From NCBI GenBank assembly GCA_977017645.1, contig OZ360236.1, positions 64,666,001 through 64,730,000 of the forward strand: 64,000 nucleotides of DNA. Direction: 5' to 3'. A program made the translations under genes and the position numbers. Source of the stretch: Torpedo marmorata (taxonomy: Eukaryota). Each line of letters starts with the position of its first letter. The stretch's first letter is position 1. The notes under the pieces are model-generated. The model searched no databases, was not told where the DNA came from, and saw nothing but the letters and a program-made list of their open reading frames with translations. Shown here piece by piece: positions 25,745 to 38,540 of this stretch.

Positions 25745-25868
25745 ACTTTTTTATTCAGGTTTCTACCTGTTTCTCCCAATGAAGGGCTCAGGCCCGAAAC
25801 CTTGATTGCCTTTTATTTCCTATGGATACTGTGTAATCTGCTGAGTTTATCCCCCACTTTTGTGTCGT
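25745..25868 (+). mobile_element. Penelope-like 3' terminus remnant with decayed hammerhead motif
   Basis: ATGAAGGGCTCAGGCCCGAAAC followed by CCTATGGATACTGTG...CTGCTGAGTTT. Confidence 0.6.
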
Positions 25869-26757
25869 ACATATGGCACAGCCCACATTCTTCTCCATAA
25901 TGTCTGAAAAATAAGCTTCCCTCTCCACTGGAGGCTATTTTTAAATTTGAAGAAGAAACAAATATTATAATAAATTATGGAAAAAGTTATGTCAGCACAG
26001 GTGCTGAGTGCTGTGATAACAATTAGTGTCATTTAAAAACATAAAATAGGATTAATTATTTACAAGCTTTACGCAGATCAGCGATTGGTCCTCACTAAAC
26101 ATACTGTAAAGCTTGTGCTATTGTGATAAATAGGGTTAGTCTTCAGGGCATTTTGAAATTGTCAGGGAACATTAACAGGAAACACAAACATTGATGTCTA
26201 AAAGAGAGAGGATTGGTATTTGTGCAAAATCACTCAATGCGGTGTACAGGCACGATACTCCTCCGAGACCCAGACAAACAAAGCTTCAAATCCTCCATGC
26301 ACATTAATTTGTGGGCTGTTGTGACTAATTAGTAAAGCTGGGGCATATCCACACAAACTAAACTCGCATTTTCTTTCAGTAAACTTTAAATGGGAATCAA
26401 TTAAGAACACAGCAGAACCTCTTGTGGTGCAATGCAGTAAACATGGAATGGGAATTGTCACCTCTGTGTTTCTCTGTGCTTTGTCATCCATGATCCTAAT
26501 TTTCTCTCAGGATTTCTGTTTCAATTTCATTTTCCTCTATACTTTGGATATCCGTCATGGTCCTTTTATTTCGATTGCTTCTCTATTTGTGTCTCTCTGC
26601 TTCTGTATTTCATCATTTATCTGGTTCTGTTTTTCCCTCCTTTCATCAGATTTTCATGCCTTTTCTCTCGGTATCACTATCTCCGGTTTGTCCATATCAC
26701 TCTGCTCCATTCAGACTTGGGGGCAAAGATGACTGATGTCTGAAGAGATTGGTTTGC

Positions 26758-27150
26758 ACAAGAACATAAGAAAATGGGAGCAGGAGTAAGGAACCAGGGC
26801 CCTCCTGCCTGCTCTGCTAATCAATAGGGTCATGATTTTCCCCAGGTCTCAACACATTTTTTGTGCCAGTTCCCCATTGCTTTCAATTCCCTGAACTTGC
26901 AAAAATGATTCACCTCCTTCTTAAACACTTCTAACCATCTAGCCTCCACAACCCTGTGGGCTAAGAATTAAAGAGATTTGCCACTCTGAGCAAGAAGAAA
27001 TTCCTATGTTCCTCAGTTTCAAATGACTGTCCATTTAACATGCAACTATACCCCCTTGTTTGAGACTCTTCCATTAGTGGAAACTTTTCAACATCTACCT
27101 TGCCATGCCCCCTTAGAATCTTAAATATTTCAATAAGATCATGAAACTCC
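26758..27150 (-). mobile_element. CR1 LINE 3' fragment
   Basis: DLIEIFKILRG...VDVEKFPL...TRGYS and a CR1-type tail (AAGAACATAAGAAA on +). Confidence 0.8.
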
Positions 27151-27435
27151 AAACAATAAAGATAGCTGGGGACAAATGGAAATATTAAGAGACACAAGCT
27201 TATGCAAATTGAGATCATTTTTGCAGGAAAGGGCCAGATAAATTGCAAGATATTTCTTGCTCAGAAATTCAATAAATTTGACTGCGTTGGGTGAAACTGT
27301 GGGTATGTCTCAAAAATCACGTAGGTTGAATAAATGGACTGAATATTTCAGAGACAATTTCTCACACTGCTAATGCATAAAGTCACACTGAGTATCATCA
27401 GGGCTGCAGCAGCAGTAAACAAGCATTGGCTCAAT

Positions 27436-27784
27436 AGCCCCTTTCACACATGTGGGTTGAACCGGGTAATTTAGCAGGTCTGTACCCGGTAATTGTGCGG
27501 TGTGAAACGTCCCAACTGGACAGGGTGAATTAAATTCAACCGGGCTCTGACACTTGGTGGGGGCAAGTGTCAGAGCCCGGCCGAGTTAACTCACTAATCG
27601 CCTTCTGGCGGTGTGAAAGCACAACCTGCTCTCGCATTGTCACCGCTGGAAGCGGGACCCCCCCTTAAAATCCCGGGTTGCCGATTAACCAGGTAAATCA
27701 TGGTGCAGTGGGAAAGGCTCCCGAGTGCAGCATGCCCGGTAAGTTTACCCGCTTCCTAGGAGGGTTGGTAGTGTGAAAGGGGCT
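27436..27784. mobile_element. PIF/Harbinger-like MITE
   Basis: 14-bp TIRs AGCCCCTTTCACAC / GTGTGAAAGGGGCT, 3-bp TSD AAT, internal GTGTGAAA repeats and a 17-bp hairpin. Confidence 0.8.
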
Positions 27785-28004
27785 AATCTTTCCTTCCAAA
27801 CAATTTGCTGCTCTCTCACACAGGACTGTGCTTTCAAAACACTCACTGCCTTGGAACATTGTGACATAGAGCCTTTTGTGGGGTGTTGTAGAACAGTCTG
27901 GAGGCCACACAGAAGCTTGCCACAACTGACTACATTGATTTTTGGTGAGACCTGACCTCTGTATCAGGAGAGGTCCCACTGGCTGTGTTGCACAAGCTGG
28001 AGAG

Positions 28005-29055
28005 GCAGAGAAGAAGTGGCCCAGAAGAAGGGAGGAGGAGAAGAAATGTTTACGTCCACAGAATATATCCACCAAGAATGTTCGGGGACCAATGCTCCTA
28101 GCTGCTCCAAGCAGCACCATGTTTTTCAGAATTTTTCAGACATTGATGCCTGAGCTCTTTGACTTTTGCAGGCACAACCACATCCCTATGCCTGGATGAC
28201 TCTGCCTGTAGTACAGATCATAATCATCTTGAATTTCTCGTCTCTGTTCATGTTGATGAATGTATGTTTCCGTTTACTCTGCATTGCAGCATTAGGGAAG
28301 CCTCTGCTACTCTATACTGAAGGAAAAAAAATACTTCATCTACATTTCCTGAAACAGTTACTGACTCACAGTTCCAGTGACGCACATTCAGTCCTGACCT
28401 CTGATACTGTCTGTGTGGTTTACATGTTCTCTATGTGACCGCATGGATTTCCTCCAGATATTCCAGTTTACTCCCATTTCCTAAAGATGTGTGGGTGTTA
28501 AGTTATATTGATCTTAGTGTGTAAGTAAAAGGTAGAATAAGGAGAAGCTGATGGGTAAGTGGGGAGAATGAAATAATGTAAATTGATCTTCAGTGGTCTG
28601 CACAAACTTGGTGGGTTGAAGGGCCTGTTTTTGTGTTGTATGACTCTGACTCTTGTGACAATCCATCAGGTAGATTTGTGAGGATTGTGGAGTTCCACTG
28701 AAGTGAGTAATATATCTGTGTTACTATAAATAATATACTATATTACTATAGAGTAGCATTACTATATTACTACTATTACTATAGGTGTGTAGGGAACAAG
28801 TCATCAGCATCCTCGAAGGATGGTTTAGAGATTTTACCATTCAGAACATACAGTATTCTGCAGTTTCTTCAGAGAAGTTTTCACACTTCAGATTGTTGAC
28901 TGCTTCTTGTACAACTGGGACAAAAAGTGGGTGGGGGGGGGGAGGGTAACCTTTGCCTGAGCTTCCTGCAAGCGGCAGAGGAGCATGTGGAAGAGGAAGA
29001 GGAATCAGTCTGGATTCATTGCCAGGACCAATCTGGTTGCACATCGTTTGCTGTT
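28005..29055 (+). pseudogene. Fossil PIF/Harbinger (HARBI1-like) transposase with a SINE remnant inside (~28410-28650)
   Basis: Frameshifted peptides YPPRMF, LPVVQIIIILNF, EQVISILEGWFR, SEKFSHF, IVDCFLYNW, an acidic stretch and ARTNLVAHRL follow the Harbinger transposase motif order. Confidence 0.6.
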
Positions 29056-29094
29056 ACTGTGTGACTTTGCACTTCATCTGCAGTAGAATACCAA

Positions 29095-29400
29095 AGGTGA
29101 ATAGTTACAGTCTTTTCCCCAGGGTAGGGGAGTCTAAAAGTAGAGGGTATAGGTTTTGGGTGAAGGGGAGAGACTTCAAGGGACCTGAAGGCAACTTTTC
29201 ACACAGCGGGTGGTGGGTACATGGAATGAGGTTCTAGAGGAAGTAGTAGAGGCAGGTACATTTACAACGTTTAATAGACATTGAAATGGATAGGAGAAGA
29301 TTCGGGTCAAGCACAAGCAAATGGGACCAGCTCATATGGGCAGCTTTGTCGGCATGGATGAGTTGGGCCACAGGGCCAGTTTCCATGTTGTATAGATCTA
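29095..29400 (+). mobile_element. CR1 LINE 3' fragment
   Basis: LFPRVGESKSRGYRFWVKG...NFS and a CR1-type 3' end. Confidence 0.75.
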
Positions 29401-29959
29401 TGCCTCTGGAACATCAAGTGCTTAGAGTCGAGAGGGCCTCACCCTTGCTCACACAGAGCTGATAGGGAGAGCCTGAGCATTACACAGATGCCTGTGCTCT
29501 GATTGAAAAGGGGATGGTATACAACCCTTCTTTGCTCCAAGCACATAGCCAGTGCTGATCACTCAGGGTGAAAAACAGAACCCCGGATACTGTTTCTCAA
29601 AGTCAGGACATCAAGCGGATTCATTTGTTCCAATCATATGGAATCATTAACAATCTTTACCTACAATTGCTGTAATTGTGGTGTAAACGCTAGAGCGATC
29701 AATTTCGGCAATGTAATTGACCATCATCCTGCTCAAGAAGACTGGAATCTGCAATTACTATCTTATAGTTACATAATGATGCAGTTGGGTAACTCTGTCG
29801 TTTCACCTGCGCTCAGGGTACAGATTTGAACATAAGAAATAGAAGCAGAAGTAAGCAGTTTTCCCCCTTATTATTGCTGCGTCATTCAAAAAAATCATTG
29901 GCTGTCCAATGCAACTTACTTCACTGACCCATTCTCCTTGATGGCCTTAATATCTAAAG

Positions 29960-31370
29960 ACCATAAGACATAGGAGCAGAAATAGGCTATTCAGCCGATC
30001 GAGTCTGCCCCACCATTTAATCATGAGCTGATCCATTTTCCCACAGCCCCACTGCCTGGCCTTCTCCCCATAACCTTTGATGCCCTGGCTAATCAAGAAC
30101 CCATCAATCTCTGCCTTAAATACACCCACTGACCTGACCTCCACAACTGCCTGTGGCAACAAATTCCATAGATTTACTACACTGTGGCTGAAGAAATTCC
30201 TCTGCATCTCTGTTCTAAATGGACGCCCATTAATCCTGAAGTTGTGCCCTCTTGTCCTGGACTCTCCCACGATGGGAAAGAATGCTTCTACATCTACTCT
30301 GTCTATGCCTTTCAACATTCGAAATGTTTCAATGAGATCCCCCTCATTCTCCAAAGTTTCAATGAGTACAGGCCAAGAGCTGTCAAACGCTCTTCATGTG
30401 ATAACCCTTTTAGTCCCAGTACCATCCTTGTGAACCTCCTCTGTACCCTCTTCAACGTCAGCACATCCTTTCTTAAATGAGGAGCCCAAAACTGCTCACA
30501 ATACTCCGTGAAGTCTCACCAGCGCCTTATAAAGCCTCAACATCACATCCCTGCTCTTATGTTCTATTCCTCTTGAAATGAATGCCATCATTGCATTTAC
30601 CTTCTTCACCACCGACTCAACGTGCAAGTTTACCTTCGGGCTATCCTGCACAAGGACTCCCAGGACCCTTTGCATCTGGGTATTTTCAATTTTCTCCCCA
30701 TTTAAAAAAATAGTCTGCCCGTTTATTTTTTCTACCAAAGTGCATGACCATACACTTTCCAACATTGTATTTCATTTGCCACTTCTCTGCCCATTCTCCT
30801 TATCTATCTCAGTCCTTCTGCAGCCTCTGTGTTTCCTCTACATTACCTGCTCCTCCACCTACCTTTGTATCGTCTGCAAAATTGGCCACAAAGCCATTCA
30901 TTCCATCATTCAAATCATTAATATACAACATAAAAAGAACCGGCCCCAATATTGACCCCTGTGGAACACCACTTTCAACTGGCAGCCAGCCAGAATATGA
31001 TCCCTGTATTCAGACTCTCTGCTTCCTGCCAATCAGCCAATGCTTAACCAATGCTAGTATGTTTCCTGGGCTCTTAACTGGTTAAGTAGCCTTATATGCG
31101 GCACCTTGTCAAAGGCCTTCTGAAAATCCAAGCACGCAACATCCACTGCATCTCCTTTATCTGGTCTGCTTGTCACTTCTACAAAGAATTGCAATAGGTT
31201 TGTCAAGCAAGATTTTCCCTCAAGGAAACCATGCTGGCTTTGGCCTATTTTGTCATGTGCCTCCAAGTACTCTGTAAATTCATCCTTGACAATCAACATC
31301 TTCCCAACCCCTGACGTCAGGCTAACCGGCCTATAATTTTCTTTCTGCTGCCTCCCTTCCTTCTTGAATA
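29960..31370 (-). mobile_element. CR1 LINE RT/3' fragment
   Basis: QSQHGFLEGKSCLTNLLQFF, LDFQKAFDKVPH, GVPQGS, KFADD, DLIETFRMLKG. Confidence 0.9.
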
Positions 31371-31794
31371 GATCAATCTCTGTTTGGTGTATACTCTATG
31401 ACTGAGTTGTCACTGCCTTTGAACGTGAAAAAAAATCAAAGATTCATGCACTCTTGGTGTAGAAATTACTTTTCATCTCTGTCCTGGATGGCCAACTCCT
31501 CATTTTGAGATGGTAACCCATGGCTCTATACATCCACACACAAAAGACTGCAGATGCTGGAATCCTGATTTAAAAAATGAACAGCAGGACCCAGTTGCAG
31601 GGTCTGAATCAGAAACGTTGACTATCCATTTCCCACCATCAATGATGCCTGATCCACAGAGTTCCTCCAGCAGCTCATGTTTTGTTCAATGTACCCAGAC
31701 AGGGATAATGACGTTTTTATGTCCAATCTATCAGGTTCCAAAAAAACTTTAGGCGCTTCAGTGAGTCACCTCATCTTTCTAATTCAAGATTAAA

Positions 31795-32765
31795 AATCAG
31801 GGGAGGCAGCATTTGTTCCATCATCAATTCATCGTGGTACACAGACGTGACGGTCATGTCCCAGTCCTGCTCCCCCGACCTGGAACATCTGGCGATCAAT
31901 TGTCGCCCATTCTACATTCTGAGGGAGTTCACCACCATCATCCTGGTCGCAGTGTACATTCCGCCCCAGGCTAACATCAGTCTGGCACTGGAGGGACTGA
32001 GCAATGTGATAAACAGCCATGAGACAGCACATCCTGATGCCTTCCCAATCATTGTGGGAGACTTCAATCAGGCCAATCTGAAGAAGTCACTGACAAACTA
32101 CCACCAACACGTCACATGCGAGACCAGGGGAACCACCACACTAGACCACTGCTACACCACTGTGAAGAACGCATACCGAGCCATACCACGACCGCACTTC
32201 GGCAAGTCTGACCACCTGGCTGTACTTCTACTCCCGACGTACAAGCAGAGACTGAAGACCACAGCACCAGTGGTGAGGACGGCGAAAGTATGGTCAAGGG
32301 AGGCGGAGGAGCGTCTGCAGGACTGCTTTGAATTGGTGGACTGGAACATATTCAAGAACTCATCCATAAACCTGAATGAATATGCAACAGGTGTCACCGA
32401 CTTCATCAAGACCTGCGTGGATGAGTGTGTGCCCATGCGCAATTACCGGGTGTTCCCCAACCAGAAGCCCTGGATGAATCAGAGAATTTGCAACCTGCTG
32501 AGGGCGAGAACAAGGGCCTTTAAGGCCGGGGACCGGGATCTTTACAAGAAGTCCAGGAACGATCTGCGGAAGGCCATCTCTGAAGCTGCTGCTTCTTCCG
32601 ATTCCAAGGTCTGCCAGCGATCTTTGTATATCCATGTTGTCGGGTAAGTTTGATTTTATGTTTCTTATTTTTTGTTTGATTTTTAGAAGTTCTGAACGGG
32701 AATATTTGATTATTTCCTTCAGAGCTGCACGCAAAGAGTCGCCGCTGTAAGGCGCCATCTTGGTC
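31795..32765. mobile_element. Rex1 5' piece with internal inversion: endonuclease on + (31795-32585), element 5' end on - (32586-32765)
   Basis: The + strand encodes VYIPP, GDFN, LDHCY, SDH. The - strand begins CAAGATGGCG and encodes MAPYSGDSLR...IKYSRSELLKI. Confidence 0.75.
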
Positions 32766-33291
32766 CTGATACAGTATATCTGGAGAGCAAGGTTTTCCTA
32801 ACACAAGGCACTCCTTCAAATTAAATCCTCGCAATCTGATCAATCTTGAATACAAAACATAACCAACAATTCAAACTTTAATCCAGTAAGTACTGGGTTG
32901 TATTAGTGGATTTGAAACAGACGTAATATGGCAGGCAACAGGAAGTTTAGTGTCTTCCCGGCAGACTGAATAGAGGGGCGAAAATGGTCATCCAATCTAC
33001 ATTTGTTTTCTCCATTGAAGACTATATTCCAGATACGAGATCTGAAAAAATGCAAATGAATTATTGCTTCACTTGAAAGGACTCATTGCGCTCTGAATGG
33101 GGGAAATGGAAAGAGGTGAAAGGACAAGTGTTGCATCTCCTGTAGTTGCAGGAGAGAGTGCTGTAAGAATAGAAGTGTTCTCAATAATCTAATCGCATCA
33201 TACTATTAGCCTGTTCTTAGACCGAAAACTGAAAATCTTTTGAGCTGTGCTTTAATGGCAGAAGTTCTGTTAGAGATCTCCACAGCAACGT

Positions 33292-33363
33292 AATATATGA
33301 TCTGAGAGCTCACCCAAAATGAACTGTAAAATTTAGTTTGGGTGAGCTCTCAGATCATATATT
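33292..33363. repeat. Perfect 27-bp inverted repeat with 18-nt loop
   Basis: AATATATGATCTGAGAGCTCACCCAAA (33292-33318) pairs with TTTGGGTGAGCTCTCAGATCATATATT (33337-33363). Confidence 0.95.
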
Positions 33364-33555
33364 TTACATGGAAAGGAAACAAAACCTAATTTCTTCACAA
33401 AGCACGCAGACCAGCTGACATATGCAGCTTGAAGTTTACGTTTGAGCCTTTTGGTCATTTGAATAACAAGTAGCCTTTCAAATCAACTATTTTGACAATA
33501 TTTACCTCCTCATGGCTTTTAAGAAAATATAGTCTTATCACATAGTTTTAAACAA

Positions 33556-34268
33556 GCAAGTCTGCAGATGCTGGGATTGAGCGCAATACACAATGTGCTG
33601 GAGAAACTCAGCCGGTCACGCAGCATCCATAGGAAGTAAAGGGTAACCAACATTTCAGGCCTGCATCAGGAATAAGAAAAAGCAGGCAGGCACCTGAATA
33701 AAAAGGTGGGGGGAGGGGGAGGAGAAAATAGGAGGGAGGAAGGGGAAGGGGGAGAAGCACAGGTTAACCAATAGAAGGTAAAAGGTGGCTACAGGTGGGA
33801 AGATAGAAGAGAAATAAAAGCTGAGCTGAGAGTGGGAGATGGCCAAGAGTAGTTCTCTGATAGGAGAAGCAAGGGAAATGGGTGGGGAGCTGGAGGGAAG
33901 GAGAGAGGAGGAAAGGGAAAGAGAGAGAGAGAGAGATATGGGAGGGAGTTCATGGAAATTGAAGGTTGATGTTAATGCCGTCTGGTTGGAGAGTGCCTAG
34001 ATGGAATACATGGTGTTGTGGGTGGCATTGGTTTGGTAGTGCATGAGGGCCACTATATCCACCTATTACCTCCTACCTGTTAACCTGTGCTCCTCCCCCT
34101 TCACTTTCCTCACTCCTCTCCTCCTCGCTCCTCCCGCTACCTTTTTATTCAGGTGTCTTCCTGCTTTTTTCTTATTACTGACAAAATGCCCAGGCCCAAA
34201 ACGTCGGTTACCCTTTACTTCCTATGGATACTGCGTGACCTGATGAGTTTCTCCAGCACACTTGTGTC
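33556..34268. mobile_element. Fold-back pair of Penelope-like 3' ends
   Basis: The left arm (-) has a PLE C-terminal remnant (QPDGINI) plus terminus. The right arm (+, from ~34053) is its inverted terminus. Both carry decayed hammerhead motifs. Confidence 0.75.
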
Positions 34269-34639
34269 ATCACATTGTTTGATACCATTACGATTGGAGA
34301 ATCAGAGGATCCCATCCCATCCTAACCCATCTCATCAGCTTCCAAATATTTCAAACTAAAAGCATTCATACATTCTTCAATCACACAGTGGACTGAAATG
34401 CTGCAAAGTTCTATAAATGATAAACAAAGCACCCATTTTTACGATGCCTTTCTACAAATCTATATTTCATTTGCTTACAATAAATGAAAGAAAATGCTAT
34501 GCTCGGCTTAATGAGGTTGGGAAATGGAAGTAACCAGGACTGCCATAGAAATACACAGGAAACTCAGTATTTATTGCCCAACCCATGAATGAATAAACAT
34601 CTGGCGTAGATCTACCTTCTTGAACCACCACATTTCAAG

Positions 34640-36310
34640 TGGGTAAGATAATCTTATGGCAGGGTTAGGGAGGGAACTCCAGAGTTCGTGTCAGTGATCA
34701 CAAAGGATTTCCAAGTCAGAGTAATGTGTTGCCTGTTCGAAAACCTGTACCTAAGTCCTTATTGTGTTGTCCTTCGAAGTGGTCAAAATCAAAAGATTGG
34801 GAAAGAAGTCTTGCTGAGTTGCTCCAAAGCAGATGCTGCACATTGCAATAATGGGAAAGGGACTGAATGCTCAGGGCAAAGTATTGGGTAACAATCAAGA
34901 GGGCAGCTTTGTGCTGGATGACATCAACATTCTTCAGCGGTGCTATTGGTGGATACACTCCAGGGAATCATTGGTGAGTCACCCACCACAGGATACCAAG
35001 CCTCTGACCTGCTCCTGCAGAAGTGTGGCTGACCCAGTGACATTTCTGGGCAATGTATGTTGATGATGTGAACTCTGCGATGGTACAGCGGGTGGTTTTA
35101 TGCTGTCTTGTGGAAGGTGATCATTAGATGGCATTTGTGTTGTGCTGATATTACTTGGTATTTTTTTGCCCAAATCTTTAAATTGCCTAGGTTTTGTTGC
35201 ATCCATGCATGGACTACATCATAATCTGTGTAGCTGCAAATGAAATTGAACAATATGCAATCAGCTGAAATTGTCCTGACCTTGGGCTTTATGATAGAGG
35301 AAAAGTAATTGAAGATGTTAAAGATGATTGAATCTAGGACACTGCCCTGAGTTCCTGCAATGCTGTCTTGAATATGAAACAATAAGCCTCCACTAAACAC
35401 GACTCTTTCTTTGTGTTATATATGACTCAAGCCAGTGGAATATTACTTCCTTGATGTGCATCAAATTCAATTTTACCATGGTTCCTTGATGCCATGGAAT
35501 TCAATTATTTTGTCTATGTTTCAAACAAAGCTGTAATGGGGTCAGGATCTGAATGGAGTTGGCGAAACCCAAACTAATGTGCAGGTGAATATGTCAATGA
35601 ATATGGTGGTATGGTAGTTACAATACTGGAATAATAATCCAGAGGCTAATCGATCCGGAGATATGTACTGATACTGATTTGGCAGATGGGGAATTTTTAA
35701 TGGCTGAAGACTAGTTTTAGAAGGGACTTCAGGAGGAAACTAAGGTGTAACAACCTCTTCGCACATCTGGTTGAAGATTATTTCAAAGGCTTCAGCCATA
35801 TTTTGGTAGCATTTTGTTCTCTGTCTTTGTTGGAGATGGGGGAAGTTCTTGGAGACTCCTTCTCTGGGTAGTTGTTTAATTGTTCACCACTATTCATGAC
35901 TGGATGTGGTAGAACTGCAGAGCCTTGACCCAATCCTTTGATTCTTTGATTCAATGACTATTACCAATGTTTAGCACACATGTATTTTTCTGATAAAGCT
36001 TTATAATGGTGGCTCCTCATTTTAAGGTGTGCTCTTGATCTGCTTTTCTGTACTCCTTGATAGTAATGGGAGAGTGAGCAAACCATGAGTTTACTGATTG
36101 AGGCAGTGCACCTGTCTGATGGTCCACAGCACATCATTCCCACATGGCACCATGGTCATTCCACATAAAGTGACCAATGGGGTCTTCACTGTGCAGATAG
36201 ATTTTTTCTCTCCTCAACGACTGCGTTGTGGTCAATCTGACCAATCTGAAGTGCACCATCATGAAGTAGATTGGTGAGGAGAAGATCAAGTCAATTTACC
36301 CCTCACCCTA
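34640..36310 (-). mobile_element. Ancient CR1-group LINE remnant
   Basis: QGSVLDSIIFNIF...ISADC...MQQNLGNLKIWAKKYQV...HKC resembles CR1-type RT. Confidence 0.6.
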
Positions 36311-36761
36311 AAGAAGAATATTGCATTTGGTGGAAATCAGGAAGATCAGAAAATGCTGGAAATGCACACCATTCAGCATGGCTAACACTTCACTGTTATT
36401 ATTACTTTTCAGATTTAAGTGAAACAGTGACAGAAATCTTTGGTTACTTACTTCTGAAGGACACAATTGAGCAGGGTAGAGAGTTGTTAAACTATAATCT
36501 ATATGACAAGCTCCAGCAATTTTATTAAAAGCAATTATATTTGTGTGTTTACTCCCTGCCTCATTAAAATGAAATCTACAGTTGCATTTCAAAATATTGC
36601 ATGATTTTAGAGATGACTAAATATTTTGCAGACATGTGTTAATGTGATTTTCATTTTGTTGATCTAATGAGGTGACAATATTGAATGAATGATTAGGCTT
36701 TGGTCTGCATCAGACAAGAGTAAAGTAAATTTCTGGTCCGCACCTTATGAGCTTCCGAAGC

Positions 36762-38540
36762 AGATTCAAGATTCAAGATTCCTTTATTTTCATGTAATAG
36801 TACAGAACATGTAAGGCAGACAAAGAGTCTCCATTAGTGTCGCCCAGTGCCCCTTACAGTAAGAGAGAAAGAGGAGCAAAAGAGAGTCCCTTCAGAGTCA
36901 CTGAGTTCCGTGGATTCGCCTCCAGCACTCCCGCAGCCTCTACTGCCCCACAGACTCCTGTTCGATTCATTGGCAACCTGAGCTCCAAATCCAAACCTCT
37001 GACACAATCAGGAAGCCTTTAGGAGCCCTGAGTACCCTCTCGAATCCTGGCTCCAGTACCTGGTTCCCAGTAGCCAGTCTCCAGCAGCTCGCAGCCCACG
37101 TGGGTTCCCCGACCGCAAGTCGCCCGCAGCCTGTGTGGCTCCCTCAGCCGCTGAGCCCCTCACTGGTTCTCTGCTATGGTCATCGTCCTATAGGGGTGTC
37201 TTCTCTGCTTCTCCTTCTCCTTCCTTTCTAAATATTTTTATTAAATTTTGCATAAGTAAACAGATATATATAGAAAATTTGTAAAGTACACAACAGAGAT
37301 GTCAAATATAAAGAAATCAACAGAGTTGTCTAATTTATAGAGTACATCTATAAAGTAACAAAGCATCTTACAATTTTATCCTGAATATTATATTTTTCAT
37401 TTTCTCCCCCATCTCTTGACCCATTACCAAGTCGAAGTTCTTTAATTAAAGTATGCCTTTATACCTGGAGTAATATAATAAAGTGTTGGAAGACAGGTTT
37501 TATAATAAAACTATAGGTTCTGAAAGTAGCTCAGGAAAGGTCCCCATAGGTTTTGAAACTTTATGTCTAAGTTACTAACAGAATTACGAATATTTTCTAG
37601 ATTTAAACAGGACATAATATCCCTCAACCACTGAGCATGAGTGGGCGGGGCAGCATCCCTCCATCTTAGTAATATCGCATGTCTGGCCAAAAGAGAGGCA
37701 AAAGACAGAACCTGAGATTTAATTGGGGTTAAATGGACGTCACCCTCTCCAGTGATACCAAAGAGGGCGACCAGAAGGTTAGGTTCGAGGTTTAAATTAA
37801 GGATTAAGGATAGGGTTTGGAAAACATCTCTCCAGTATTTTTCAAGGCTAGGGCACGTCCAAAACATATGAATAAGAGAGGCCTCATCTCTCTTACATTT
37901 ATCGCAACAAGAATTTACATCTGGATAAATACGAGATAGTTTAGTTTTGGACATATGAGCCCTATATACAACTTTAAATTGCAACAAACAATGACGGGCA
38001 CAAAGGGATGTGGAGTTAACCAATTTAAGGATTAAATCTCAAACCTCATCCGACAATGAAAGGCTTAAATCCTGTTCCCATGCAGATTTAATTTTATCAA
38101 GAGGGGCAGATCTTTAACCTGCCATCTTATCATAAATAACGGATATTAAACCTTGAAGAGTGGGTTGTAAATTAAAAAAACACATCAACAATGTTCATAT
38201 CAGGTACACCAGGAAAGTTAAGTATCTGAGAGTGGAGAAAAAGTCTGATTTGCAAGTATCTAAAAAAATGGGTATTAGGTAGATTGAATGCTTCTCCTTC
38301 TCAACGGGTTGTTCTTCCTGTTTCTGGTGCCCTGCACTTGTCTGCTGCTCCCCAGAGTCTGCACTCCCTTGTGGCTGCTGCCTAGCATAGGTGCCGCCAT
38401 CTTTGGCACAGACCTCTACGATTGCAGGATTTTACTTACAAACACCGTCACCTCCTTTAACAGGCTGTTTAAAGCCAGTACGGAGCTGCTGGCATTAGGA
38501 CCAGGTGGTTAAACCCTTTGGAGCAGCGCTGTGTGTCTGC
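36762..38540 (-). mobile_element. Non-coding GC-rich retroposon with Rex1-type tail, interrupted by L1/Tx1
   Basis: AATAAA plus a (GAATCTT)n tail on the - strand, an AAGATGGCG motif near 38400, and no RT-like peptide. The halves rejoin across the L1 TSD. Confidence 0.5.
37220..38288 (-). mobile_element. L1/Tx1 3' fragment
   Basis: CDKC...HMFWTC, LENIR...WGPF. TSD TGCTTCTCCTTCTC at 37206-37219 and 38289-38302. Confidence 0.9.

Noticed and set aside
28851-28913. Possible 63-nt minus-strand host exon (VQEAVNNLKCENFSEETAEY) with plausible splice sites
   Set aside because: The plus strand is better explained as a Harbinger transposase remnant, and no partner exons were found.
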